A DNA stretch of 64,000 nucleotides, from the NCBI GenBank assembly GCA_027492205.1, contig JAOZFN010000007.1, positions 123,278 through 187,277 on the forward strand. Reading direction: 5' to 3'. How positions within the stretch are numbered: the first letter of the stretch is position 1; each line of letters begins with the position of its first letter. Both the position numbers and the translations under genes were made by a program. Source of the DNA: Thermoproteota archaeon. GTDB taxonomy: Archaea; Korarchaeota; Korarchaeia; Korarchaeales; Korarchaeaceae. The notes under the pieces were generated by a model. The model made no database searches. It saw only the letters and a list, made by a program, of their open reading frames with translations, and was not told where the DNA came from. Positions 17,673-27,112 of this stretch are shown one piece after another.

Positions 17673-18914
17673 TCATCCCAGGTAGGGGGGCATCCCGACA
17701 TCCTCCTTTTTCTCCGCTTCTTCCTCCCTCATGCTGAGCTTCCCCTGTGCCGCCGACAGGAGTCTAGAGGAGACCATGGCCGGAGAGATTGTTCCGGCCA
17801 GCACTACGACCTCCGGCCTAGACGACAGGCGCCTCAGGACCTCTATCACCTCCTCGGTAAATGAGTCGAATGCTGACGCGAGGTCGGCGTTCATGGCCGA
17901 CTTGATCAGGTCTGTGGGCAGCATGAACTCGACGCCCTCCAGGTAGACGACGGCTGGCCCCCTCAAGGAGTCGGCGAGCGCCTTAAGCTCCGTGACGACC
18001 CCCTCCATGTTCTCCCTCATGGCGTGCGCGCTGACGAGCAGGAGCTTGGCCTGGGCCTCGGAGGCTATCAGCTTGGCGAGAGACCTGCCCTCCATTGGAC
18101 TCTCGTCGGGGAGGTCAACAACCACTAGGTGGGGCCCCTCTGCGTGAATGAGCTCCTTCACCATCTCTGTGGCCCTCTGTGCAAGGGGCCCCACGGCCTC
18201 TCTATCCTCTGGGGTCAGTTCGGTACCCACTTCCTCGATCGGCGGCACGGGTACGGGTTCAATGACGTGTCGGAAGCCCTGGTCCTCCAGAATCGCCCTA
18301 AGGAAGGATTCCATGAGCTCGAGCTTCCCCAGAAGCTTCTGGTCGCTCACCTTCGGCTTTATGAGCAGTATGGCTGTCTCTGCGACCTTAGCGGCCTCCA
18401 CGCTCCTGACGAAGACGCTGTACAGCGTCATTCCCCCGAGAAGTTCGATTAGACAGTCCAGCCTCTCTGACTTGTCGGCCTCCTCCGCGATCCTCAGCGG
18501 GTCCAGCTGAGTGTCCAAGATTACGTCTATCAGGTACTCGTCGAGCCGGGTAAACGCCAAGAGGGCCATGAGCTTGAATGGACCTAGTGAGCTGACGGAC
18601 TCGCGCCTGTTGAGGGGGATCCTGTACTCCTTCACAAACTCTATACCCTCCGCCGTCGTCTCCAGGCAGGTCATCCTGGTCATGTAGAAGCAGGGCTTCA
18701 CGACTCCCTTGACCCTGAGTACGTCCCCTGGAAAGAAGTAGTACGGGGTCACCCTCACGACTACGGTCAGCCTGCCAGTCCCGTCTTCCAGAACCAGGCG
18801 CTCGTAGGTCTCCTCGCCAAGTTTTGCGGTTGGAAGAACCTCCACTATTTTTCCCTCGATCTGAACCTCTGCGCCCTTCTCTACCCTGCCTTCGAGGATC
18901 TCAGCCATCTTCAT
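17673..18914 (-). CDS. OB-fold domain fused to a degenerate AAA+-like domain
   Basis: N-terminal IEGKIV..LVLEDGTGRLTV..PGDVLRVKG (OB fold). C-terminal SLAKLIASEAQAKLLLVS, PAVVYLEGVE, VVVLAGTISP (AAA+ strand order). Confidence 0.65.
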   Translation of the reverse strand: MKMAEILEGRVEKGAEVQIEGKIVEVLPTAKLGEETYERLVLEDGTGRLTVVVRVTPYYFFPGDVLRVKGVVKPCFYMTRMTCLETTAEGIEFVKEYRIPLNRRESVSSLGPFKLMALLAFTRLDEYLIDVILDTQLDPLRIAEEADKSERLDCLIELLGGMTLYSVFVRSVEAAKVAETAILLIKPKVSDQKLLGKLELMESFLRAILEDQGFRHVIEPVPVPPIEEVGTELTPEDREAVGPLAQRATEMVKELIHAEGPHLVVVDLPDESPMEGRSLAKLIASEAQAKLLLVSAHAMRENMEGVVTELKALADSLRGPAVVYLEGVEFMLPTDLIKSAMNADLASAFDSFTEEVIEVLRRLSSRPEVVVLAGTISPAMVSSRLLSAAQGKLSMREEEAEKKEDVGMPPYLG

Positions 18915-18954
18915 GCTCCCGCAAACCCCGGGAGGTGGATGACGTGTCACAGGA

Positions 18955-19659
18955 TTAAGTTTCGCCGCTGCCCCGGGGCTCGACTAGCGGCACTATCCGC
19001 TCCATCACGTACCTCACGAAGTTCTCTACCTCAGTGGCCGTGAACACCGTCACCACGCAGTTTCGCGTTACTCCCACAGTTAGGCCCCACTCTCTGTCCT
19101 CGAACACCACGTACCAGATCTTCCCGTGCCTGAGGTACTCCTGGTAGAGGTTAGTGCCAGCCAAGGCATCCCCGAACAGGGAGAGCTTCCTTATGTTGGG
19201 CAGGTCCACCTGGTCGAAGTACACCACCTTCGTGGCCTCCGGGTTGGATTCGTGGAGCTCCCTGAGGGTCTCGTGGGATATCCTGGCCTCCACTATCCCT
19301 CCCGAACCCAGCAGGAGGGCGTTGGAGAGGAGAGACGCTGCGGCGTTTGCCTTGGGTCTCTTCGCCAAGATCAGAAGCATGGGTCCGCTCTCAGTCCAGA
19401 ACATGATGAAGGGGATCACTCGGGCCGAGACCTCGTACCTGACCCCTTCCCTACCGAAGAGGGGTACCAGGTACTCCTCGTACAGCTCCCCCCAGACCTC
19501 CGCCTCCCTGACGGTCTCCACATCCGTCTGAGTCCTGAGCGTGAACTCCGCACCCCCGTGGGCCACGGACCGCTCCACCCTCCACCCCCTAAGCTTCTCC
19601 GCCGCGAGCTCTGGCGCGATGTCGCCTCCTACCCTGAAGATCTTCCCCACGAGAGCCAT
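18955..19659 (-). CDS. Conserved-looking hypothetical alpha/beta protein, divergent from the SMC-like operon
   Basis: 234-aa ORF with ATG start and host codon usage, 68 nt from the SMC-like start codon. Confidence 0.8.
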   Translation of the reverse strand: MALVGKIFRVGGDIAPELAAEKLRGWRVERSVAHGGAEFTLRTQTDVETVREAEVWGELYEEYLVPLFGREGVRYEVSARVIPFIMFWTESGPMLLILAKRPKANAAASLLSNALLLGSGGIVEARISHETLRELHESNPEATKVVYFDQVDLPNIRKLSLFGDALAGTNLYQEYLRHGKIWYVVFEDREWGLTVGVTRNCVVTVFTATEVENFVRYVMERIVPLVEPRGSGET

Positions 19660-19727
19660 GGCTTCGTCAACGATGGTCGGGGCAAATTGAAAAGGCTGCC
19701 CTGAACCATGTATGAGAGCGATGTGCG

Positions 19728-21452
19728 GTGGAGAGGCCGGGGACAGGCGGGACCTACATCAAGGAGGTGGTGCTGGAGAACTTCATGTCTCACGAGTACT
19801 CAAGGATCCCGTTCAGACCTGGACTGAACCTTATCGCGGGCCCGAACGGGGCCGGGAAGTCGTCCATCGTCTTGGCAATAGCCGTGGCGCTGGGTCAGAC
19901 GAGAACCGAGAGGTCAAAGAGGCTCAGGGACCTGATCAGGAGAGGTCGAGACCTCTCGAGGGTCACCGTGGTATTTGACAACAGCCCCGTTGAGGGGGGG
20001 CGGCCGATCCCTTGGTTCAGGGAGGACGAGATAAGGGTCTCTCGGTACATCCGAGCGGACGGAACCTACTGGTTTGAGCTGAACTACAGGACGGTCGACA
20101 AGTACGAGCTGACCAGCAGGCTGGCCAAGATGGGAATAGACCCGGACAACATGCTCGTCATCATGCACCAGGGGACCATGGCGGAGTTCATCTCGATGGG
20201 CCCCACGGAGAGGCTGGTCATGGTTGAGGAGGCGGCCGGGCTCCACGAGTACAGAGAGAGGGTACTCCGGGCCATGAGGGAGATGGCCGGAGTCGAAGAA
20301 GAGGTCACGAAGACCCAAGATCTCCTCAGGAGAGCTGAGGAGACCCTTGGGATTTGGAGGGCCAAGTACGAGAAGCTCTTGGAGAGGAGGAGGCTCGAAG
20401 AGAGGGCCGCAGAGTTGAGGGCAGAGCTCGCCTGGGCAAAGTATGAGAGGCAGAGGGAGCTCGTGAATCAGCTGGAGGTCGAGCTGGAGACGACCGAGTC
20501 GGAGGTTGGGGGGGTAGAGAGCCAGATTGCCCGGCTGAGCGAGGTCCTCGCAAGGCTGAGGGAGGACTTCCGGGCGGTGGGCTCCGCACCCTCCGCTGGG
20601 GAGTGGAGCGAGGTGTGGAAGAGGATCCTCGACCTGCACGAGCGGATAGTGGACTCGGCGGTTCGGCAGGCCATACTGGAGTACAGGCTCAGGGAGCTCA
20701 GAGCTGCCGCCTCGCGCCTCCGAGGTAAGCTTAAGAGGGCGAGATCTGAGCTGGAGAAGCTGGAGGACGAGGCGAAGTCGGTTGAGCGGCCCGCGGATCG
20801 GCTGAGGGATCCGGACGAGATCCTGGAGGAGTTCAGATTGGTCGGAGCCCGGCTGGCGTCGCTCGGAGACGTCTCCGACGACGTAGAGAGGATGTACCAC
20901 CGTTACCTCCAGACCTACAAAGAGATCCGGGAGAGGCTCAATCGGCTGGAGGAGAACAGAAGGGAAATACTGGAGGCCCTCCAGGAGAGGGCCGAGTTCT
21001 GGAGGCGCGCCGTGAGGAGGCTCGTGTCCGAGGTCGACGAGGAGTTTCGGGAGATCCTCGGCAGGCTAGGCGGGATCGGGTACGTCCGGCTGGTCGACGG
21101 AGAGGAGGTTGAGTCGGCGGGCCTCGAGGTGGGCGCGGGGTTCAGGGGGATGGACCCCGTTCCGCTGGAGTCCAGAGCGCTGAGCGGCGGCGAGAGGGCC
21201 ACCACCGTTGTGGCGTTCATGCTGAGTCTGCAGAGGCACGTCAAGTCCCCGATTAGGATCGTCGACGAGTTCGACGTTCACATGGATCCCGCGCGCAGGG
21301 AGGTGGCTCTCAGGGAGTTCGCCAGGGTCCTGTCCCAGGCCGGTGGGCAGAGCATCCTCGTCACGCCAGGACCTCCCCCGAGGGTCGAGGGTCCGGTTCA
21401 CCTCGTGTTCGTCCAGAGAGTCGGGGAAGCCTCCAGGGTGGCTGGAGCATGA
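19728..21452 (+). CDS. Short SMC-like ATPase (archaeal SMC-related, ClsN/Sph/Arcadin-4-like)
   Basis: LENFMSH, Walker A GPNGAGKS, Q-loop MHQG, long coiled coil, LSGGER, Walker B/D-loop IVDEFDVHMD. Only 574 aa, with no recognisable hinge and no CxxC hook. Confidence 0.9.
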   Translation: MERPGTGGTYIKEVVLENFMSHEYSRIPFRPGLNLIAGPNGAGKSSIVLAIAVALGQTRTERSKRLRDLIRRGRDLSRVTVVFDNSPVEGGRPIPWFREDEIRVSRYIRADGTYWFELNYRTVDKYELTSRLAKMGIDPDNMLVIMHQGTMAEFISMGPTERLVMVEEAAGLHEYRERVLRAMREMAGVEEEVTKTQDLLRRAEETLGIWRAKYEKLLERRRLEERAAELRAELAWAKYERQRELVNQLEVELETTESEVGGVESQIARLSEVLARLREDFRAVGSAPSAGEWSEVWKRILDLHERIVDSAVRQAILEYRLRELRAAASRLRGKLKRARSELEKLEDEAKSVERPADRLRDPDEILEEFRLVGARLASLGDVSDDVERMYHRYLQTYKEIRERLNRLEENRREILEALQERAEFWRRAVRRLVSEVDEEFREILGRLGGIGYVRLVDGEEVESAGLEVGAGFRGMDPVPLESRALSGGERATTVVAFMLSLQRHVKSPIRIVDEFDVHMDPARREVALREFARVLSQAGGQSILVTPGPPPRVEGPVHLVFVQRVGEASRVAGA

Positions 21453-22204
21453 GCAGGACCTCGAGGGCCAGGAGGGAGCTATTCGAGAGGATTCTGGAGC
21501 TTGTGCGAGAGGTCTTCTCGGGCAGGGTGGATCCATTCGACGTGAACGTGGTTCAACTCGCCTCTAGGCTCAGGGAGGAATTCCCACGCCTCCGAGGGTG
21601 GGACGAGATCAATCTCGACCTCGAGGCGATGATCGGACTGGCGGGAGTCGTCGAGAGGCAGGAGGAGTGGATCGAGCATCGGGCCTCTCGGCTCTTCGTG
21701 GACCCCCTCCTCGTCGCGCTGAAGGTCGAGGTCATGGACCTGAAAGAGCTGGCCAGGATGTTCCTCAGGGCGTGGAGACCGATCGTAGAGGCCAGGGGCG
21801 TCACTCCCGCCTTCCTGGAGGCTGCCGTCAGTTACTGGCTCGAACTCCCACCCGCCTCAGAGAGGGGGGAGGTGCTGCCGGAGCCCAGAGGGGAGCAGGA
21901 CTTTGAGCCACTCTGGAAGGAGCAGGAATTCGAAAAGAGGCTGATGCTCGAGGCTAGACGCCTCCAGATGGCGCTCGACGAAAAAGAGGGAGAGGTCAGC
22001 TACTCAGACTATCTGAGAGGGAAGGATCCGTGGGACTCCGCAGAGCGAGCTTATTTGCTCAGCTTTCTGATCTCCGACGGCGTCGTGTCTGTCAGGCGGG
22101 ATCCGGCTACCGGTGAGCTCTTCCTGGTTCGGCCCCGTGGCTCGGGCGACTCCGCGGGGTCCATCGTCACCTGGATGGACGTCGGCGGTGAGGGTCATGG
22201 GTGA
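21449..22204 (+). CDS. Kleisin/ScpA-like protein
   Basis: N-terminal GRVDPFDVNVVQL resembles ScpA (DPWDIDI). C-terminal winged-helix-like YLLSFLISDGVVSV. ATGA overlap with the SMC-like gene. Confidence 0.7.
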   Translation: MSRTSRARRELFERILELVREVFSGRVDPFDVNVVQLASRLREEFPRLRGWDEINLDLEAMIGLAGVVERQEEWIEHRASRLFVDPLLVALKVEVMDLKELARMFLRAWRPIVEARGVTPAFLEAAVSYWLELPPASERGEVLPEPRGEQDFEPLWKEQEFEKRLMLEARRLQMALDEKEGEVSYSDYLRGKDPWDSAERAYLLSFLISDGVVSVRRDPATGELFLVRPRGSGDSAGSIVTWMDVGGEGHG

Positions 22205-22772
22205 GGCGAGGGGAGAGGGCTCGGAGGACCTCAGGCGAAAGGTCAGGAGGGCGGCCCACATGCTGCTCCTCAGGAGCCACGCAAAGCCCGGGGTTAAAGG
22301 GTGGGAACTCAGGAGGGCGCTGGGGAGGGACTACAAGGTGGTTCTCCGCTTGCTGGACGAGGAACTCGCGGACATCGGATTTAGGATCGTCGCAAAGGCG
22401 CCGGACGGTCGGGACGCGAGTGAAGAGGAGTACGGGGAGGCCACCTTCTACGTGACGTTCAGGGAGCCGCCGGACTGGCCGGAGATAAGGGGGTCCGGGT
22501 GGAGGATAGATGAGCTGGCCGCGCTGGCGGCCTGCGTGGCCCTGATATCGGCGAAGGGAGGTCGAGCTAGCAGGGAGGAGTTGGAGGACCTGCTGAAGTC
22601 GAAGCTGCCGGAGTGGAAGGTTCCCGGCATCTTGACCAGGCTTGTCAGGGCCGGATACCTCTCCGAGACGGACGAGGGAGTTGGAGTAGGCTGGAGGACG
22701 CGCGTGGAGATCGACGTCGAGCATCTGCTCAGCCTCCTCCTCGGGTCCCGCGGCGCGACCGGCGCGCGATGA
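22197..22772 (+). CDS. ScpB/kite-like tandem winged-helix protein
   Basis: Two winged-helix-like units (ELRRALGRDY..LDEELADIGF and ASREELEDLL..LTRLVRAGYL..VGWR). Overlaps the kleisin-like gene. Confidence 0.65.
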   Translation: MGEARGEGSEDLRRKVRRAAHMLLLRSHAKPGVKGWELRRALGRDYKVVLRLLDEELADIGFRIVAKAPDGRDASEEEYGEATFYVTFREPPDWPEIRGSGWRIDELAALAACVALISAKGGRASREELEDLLKSKLPEWKVPGILTRLVRAGYLSETDEGVGVGWRTRVEIDVEHLLSLLLGSRGATGAR

Positions 22773-25533
22773 AGTCCATTACGGCGTCGAGGAGGGACGT
22801 CTCACTGCCGCCAGACTTCGAGAGGAGGTCCTCGGCGGCCCTGGGGGGGATGCCGGCCGCAAAAGCCAGCACGGCCAGCCTCCCGTGCGCCTCAACCAGG
22901 GCGGCCGTCTTCCTCAGCTCTGAGACTATCCTCCTCATCTTTCGTCGGGACTTGGACTTCAGGGCCTTCTCGGAGAGCGAGAGGGCCTGTTCCACGACCA
23001 GCCCTGGCTCGCGCGAGACGCCAAGGCGACGAGAGCCGCAGACCGGACACTCCGGTCGCGCGGGGAGTTCGTACGGTTCCGCCTCCTCCACGTAGCCTCC
23101 GCAGCTCAGGCAGGCCAGGGTGATCCTCTCCGTGAGAAGGCGGACCCTCAGCCTCTCCCTCCTGAGGAGCCTCCTCTTGTCGGGCGGGATCGCCTCGAGC
23201 CTGAGCCTCATCCACCGCAGGGCGTCTCTGCAGATGGGGGTGGGCTCGGCCAGCCTCCCCAGGTTGACGAGTTCCCACTCTCCCGAGGTCAGGCGTTCGA
23301 GCACCCTCCTGGCCTCGGGAATGGACATGTCCCTCTCTAGAACGTCCCTGACGGCCTGCCTGTAGACGGGAGTCCCCTCAAGGCTTGCAATCAGCCTGTC
23401 CAGCATCGACGGAGTTACCTCGGCGTCTCTGGAGAGCACCCCCATCTTCCTCGCAGCCTGAAGGAGCCTGAACCTGAAGTAGCCGCTCCTCTCCACGGCG
23501 GCCCTGAGGGTCTCCCCAACATCTAGGGGCGGTGAGCGGAGAACCTCGGCCACGGAGTCGGGGGACACCAGGTGGCCGGAGAGGTAGACCCTGTAGGGGT
23601 CCTCCGCCACTCCCACGGAGGCCCCCGTCTCCCGGGAGATCGACTCCGCCAAGTATCTTGCGAGGGCCCTGTTGGCTAGTGTCCCGGCGTGGATGTGCAC
23701 CACGACTGTATCGCCCGCCGCCTCCACCACGACCCTTCTGTGCGTGGGCACAGGCAGGCCCCTCTCGGCGGTCTCTATGGTGGGCAGGATAGCGGGGAGG
23801 ACAGTCGACTCCGCCACCCCGCACTCCTCCGCGATCGCCCGGGTCACGTCGACCCTGGAGCGGCCGGAGGCTATCATCTCCTCAATCCTGGCCCTCATGA
23901 GCCCGACCTCCTGGGAGACAGACATGGGTACCGGTATCTCCTCTCCCAACCAGTGTGGGATCGCCCCCTCTGGGTCCGGGTCCCTGACCACGTAGACCCG
24001 ATCCCTGAACACCTGGACTATCCTCCAGACCTCCCCGGCCATGATGAACTTGGACCCGGGCTCCCCCCTCTCGGCGACGAACGGCTCGTCCAGGGTCCCC
24101 ACGGGCTCCTCCGCGTCCTGATCCACCACCAGGTAGGTCCTGATCTCGGGGATCATCGAGAGGTTCTCGAAGTAGTACGGGTAGAGGGCCGCGAAGCCCG
24201 GGCCCCTCCTGAAGGAGCCGGACTCAGAGGCGAGGACGGGGCTCCTGGGCAGACTGGCCAGGAACTTGACGAGATCCATCAGCTCTCCGAACTCCGTCCG
24301 CCTGTAGTTGTAGGCCCGCCTGATGACCCCGAGAGCCTCCTGAGCCGCCCACTCCGGTCTCCACATCAGAAGGGCGACGATCTCGTGGAGCAGGGCGTCA
24401 TAGGGTTTCTCCGGAATCTTGACGGGCTCGAGCCTGTCCCGCAGGGCCCTGCTCCTGACTACCATGGACTCCAGGGCGTCGTCCGGGGTCATTACGATCA
24501 CGACCCCCCTGCTGACCTCCCCAACCCTGTGGCCGCTCCTGCCCACCCTCTGCACCAGCCTCGTCGCCTGCCTGGGGCTCATGTACTGGACCACCAGGTC
24601 TACGTGGCCCACGTCTATGCCGAGCTCGAGGGAGCTGGTGGAGACCAGAGACCTCACCCGGCCCTCTCTGAGTGCCCGCTCGGCCGTTATCCTCGCCCTC
24701 GCTGCGAGGGATCCGTGGTGAACCCCCATGGCCAGGCTGGAGTCCCACATCCTCAGCCTGCTGCCGAGCACCTCCGCCATCGACCTCGTGTTGGTGAAGA
24801 TCAGCGTGGTCCTGGCGCCCTCTATGAGTTCCCTTATCCTTCTGAGGCGAGCCGCCACTTCTGGGGGGACGTAGAGTCTGCTCGCCAGCCTTTCGTCCCT
24901 GGGTGTCGGCCTGGGGTACTCGATGCTTATCTCCATCCGCTTCGCCGCGGAGACGTACACGACGCGGGGCGTCGGGGACGAACCCGCGAGGAAGCGTGCT
25001 ACCTCCTCCGGCGACCCGACCGTCGCCGAGAGTCCCGCGATTTGGGGGTGCCGGCCCGCCAGTACCTTGAGCCGCTCAAGGGCCAGGGCGAGCTGCGCCC
25101 CCCTCTTGCTCTCCGCGAGCTCGTGAACCTCGTCCACGATCAGGTACTCCACCGAGGTCAGGTGTTGACGGAACTTCCTCGCCACCAACAGTATCTGGAG
25201 CGTCTCCGGCGTTGTAACCAGTATGTCGGGGGGTCGGGCCAGCTGAGCCCGCCTCTCTATGTTTGGAGTGTCTCCGTGGCGAACTCCGACGGTCAGGTCG
25301 AGGCGGGAGGCCCACCACGATATCCTGAGCATGAGGTCCCGATTCAGAGCCCTTAACGGGGTCACGTAGAGAAGCCGAATGCCCCCTGCCCTTGGGTCGT
25401 CCATGAGCCTCGACAGCATAGGGAGCAGGGCTGCCTCGGTCTTGCCCGTCCCCGTGGGGGCTATTAGGAGGACGTTCTCCCCCCTCATGAGTATTGGGAT
25501 CGCCCTCTCCTGGGGCTCCGTGGGCCTCAACAT
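22729..25533 (-). CDS. lhr: Second Lhr-family helicase with C-terminal Zn finger
   Basis: APTGTGKT, DEVH, LSAT, FTNTR, HHGSL, LELGID, QRVGRSGH and CLSC..CPVC. The true start is probably near 25593. Confidence 0.93.
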   Translation of the reverse strand: MLRPTEPQERAIPILMRGENVLLIAPTGTGKTEAALLPMLSRLMDDPRAGGIRLLYVTPLRALNRDLMLRISWWASRLDLTVGVRHGDTPNIERRAQLARPPDILVTTPETLQILLVARKFRQHLTSVEYLIVDEVHELAESKRGAQLALALERLKVLAGRHPQIAGLSATVGSPEEVARFLAGSSPTPRVVYVSAAKRMEISIEYPRPTPRDERLASRLYVPPEVAARLRRIRELIEGARTTLIFTNTRSMAEVLGSRLRMWDSSLAMGVHHGSLAARARITAERALREGRVRSLVSTSSLELGIDVGHVDLVVQYMSPRQATRLVQRVGRSGHRVGEVSRGVVIVMTPDDALESMVVRSRALRDRLEPVKIPEKPYDALLHEIVALLMWRPEWAAQEALGVIRRAYNYRRTEFGELMDLVKFLASLPRSPVLASESGSFRRGPGFAALYPYYFENLSMIPEIRTYLVVDQDAEEPVGTLDEPFVAERGEPGSKFIMAGEVWRIVQVFRDRVYVVRDPDPEGAIPHWLGEEIPVPMSVSQEVGLMRARIEEMIASGRSRVDVTRAIAEECGVAESTVLPAILPTIETAERGLPVPTHRRVVVEAAGDTVVVHIHAGTLANRALARYLAESISRETGASVGVAEDPYRVYLSGHLVSPDSVAEVLRSPPLDVGETLRAAVERSGYFRFRLLQAARKMGVLSRDAEVTPSMLDRLIASLEGTPVYRQAVRDVLERDMSIPEARRVLERLTSGEWELVNLGRLAEPTPICRDALRWMRLRLEAIPPDKRRLLRRERLRVRLLTERITLACLSCGGYVEEAEPYELPARPECPVCGSRRLGVSREPGLVVEQALSLSEKALKSKSRRKMRRIVSELRKTAALVEAHGRLAVLAFAAGIPPRAAEDLLSKSGGSETSLLDAVMDFIARRSRRGTRGGG

Positions 25534-25616
25534 GCCGCGCTCAACGAGGGCCTCCCTTAGGACCTGCGGCAGCTGCCGGAAGGCCCCCTCAACACCTCCC
25601 TCCCTCTGGGCCTTCC

Positions 25617-26432
25617 CTACAGCTCGCTCACCTCCTCGACCCGCGCGCCCAGATCGGTCAGCCCCGCCCTTAAGACCTCCGCGGCGCGCTCCACGATTCC
25701 CTGGGCCTCCTCAACGCTGTCTGCGGATGCCAGGATGTGTATCTTCAGCACGGGCTCCGTCAGCTCCCCGCCAGCCGGGTGACTCTTCACGTACACCCTC
25801 GGGGAGACCTTCATGGCCCGGTCTATGACCGGCGCGGCCGAGGACTCTGGCACCCCCGTGCTCCTGAGGAACTTCTCGGCGATGTGGATGTGAGGACCCC
25901 TCTCCCTCAGGATCGGCTCGACGTGATCCTCGAAGATGGCCTTCATCTCGGCTGGGACTCCTGGAAGTGCGATCGCCAGGATTCCCCGGTGTTCGAGGAG
26001 CACGCCGGGCGCGGTCCCCACCCTGTTTGGGAGTGGCCTGCTGCCCTCCGGTAGCATTGCCATCTTCACCCTGTGCTCTGTGAGTGGGAGGCCCTTGGCG
26101 GAGTACTTCTCCTCTATCATCCTGAGGGCCTCCTCGTTCTTGACCAGGGGGAGGCCGAATGCCCTGGCCATGCAGGCCACGGTCATGTCGTCAAAGGTGG
26201 GCCCCAGCCCGCCGGTAGATATCACAACGCCGCAGCCGAGCTCAACGGCCGTCCTGAAGGCCCACTCGATGTCTCCACAGATGTCGCGCACCGTCAGGCC
26301 CACCTTCACCTCGTAACCCAGGACCGTCAAGCGCCTGGCTAGCCAACTGTGATTCGTGTTAACAGTCTTTCCGATGAGCAGCTCGTTTCCGACGGATATT
26401 AGGGCAGCCCGACCGGATCTGCGGTCCAGCAT
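25617..26432 (-). CDS. CinA N-terminal (MocF/COG1058) family protein
   Basis: VGNELLIG, NTN, TGGLGPTFDDMT, GTAPG, LPGVPAEM, YVKSHP. Confidence 0.9.
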   Translation of the reverse strand: MLDRRSGRAALISVGNELLIGKTVNTNHSWLARRLTVLGYEVKVGLTVRDICGDIEWAFRTAVELGCGVVISTGGLGPTFDDMTVACMARAFGLPLVKNEEALRMIEEKYSAKGLPLTEHRVKMAMLPEGSRPLPNRVGTAPGVLLEHRGILAIALPGVPAEMKAIFEDHVEPILRERGPHIHIAEKFLRSTGVPESSAAPVIDRAMKVSPRVYVKSHPAGGELTEPVLKIHILASADSVEEAQGIVERAAEVLRAGLTDLGARVEEVSEL

Positions 26433-26512
26433 CACGCTCCGTCCCCTACAAACCCTAAAATTGTTGGAGCGCGGCAGGCGCCCCACCGCGCATTCGTCAG
26501 GGGGGAATAGCC

Positions 26513-27112
26513 GTGCCGGGCCAGACCCTGCCGCAGGGACTCATCGCGCTGCTCACCCCTGCGACGCTGGGCTGGCTCGGCATAATTCACAGGCGGTCCA
26601 TCTGGGACGTTTCCTCGATACGCAGGGCCCTCAAACAGAGAAACTCTGTCCTGCTGGAGTTCGCCTTCGATCCCGACTACGCGGCACCACTGCTCCAGCT
26701 CGCCGCGAGGATGGCGGGAGACGGCTCTGACGTGATCATGCTCTGCGACAGGAGGAGCATGCTCCTCGAGTCGATGAGGGAGGGGTGGGGAGACTTCGAG
26801 GTGCTCACCCTGGGCCACTCGGGTGACGTGAAGCCAGTTGTTAGCGAGCATCTTCGCCTCGCTAACGAACTCAACGGCAGGGGCCCCAGCCTCCTGATCT
26901 ACGACAGCGTAACGGCCCTAGCTCAAATGGTCGGTCACAGGGAGGCGTACCTGCTGATGAGGACGCTCTTAGAGTCTCTTGAGGGGAGAAGCCGGGTGGT
27001 GTTCGTGATCTTCCCTTGGGCTCACGAGCACTGGGAGGTGGCTCGATTTCGGGCGCTCGTCCCGGACGTTTTCGTGGCAGTCGCCGGTAGGATACTCAGG
27101 ATTGAGGACTGA
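26513..27112 (+). CDS. Degenerate RecA/KaiC-like domain protein (start uncertain)
   Basis: LLIYDSVTAL Walker-B-like strand and VVFVIF..AHE motif, but no Walker A. Confidence 0.5.
   Translation: MPGQTLPQGLIALLTPATLGWLGIIHRRSIWDVSSIRRALKQRNSVLLEFAFDPDYAAPLLQLAARMAGDGSDVIMLCDRRSMLLESMREGWGDFEVLTLGHSGDVKPVVSEHLRLANELNGRGPSLLIYDSVTALAQMVGHREAYLLMRTLLESLEGRSRVVFVIFPWAHEHWEVARFRALVPDVFVAVAGRILRIED

Noticed and set aside
19728-22772. Interpretation as Wadjet/MksBEFG defence or Rad50-Mre11
   Set aside because: No Toprim nuclease, Mre11, NurA or HerA is adjacent, there is no zinc hook, and the ATPase is far shorter than JetC.
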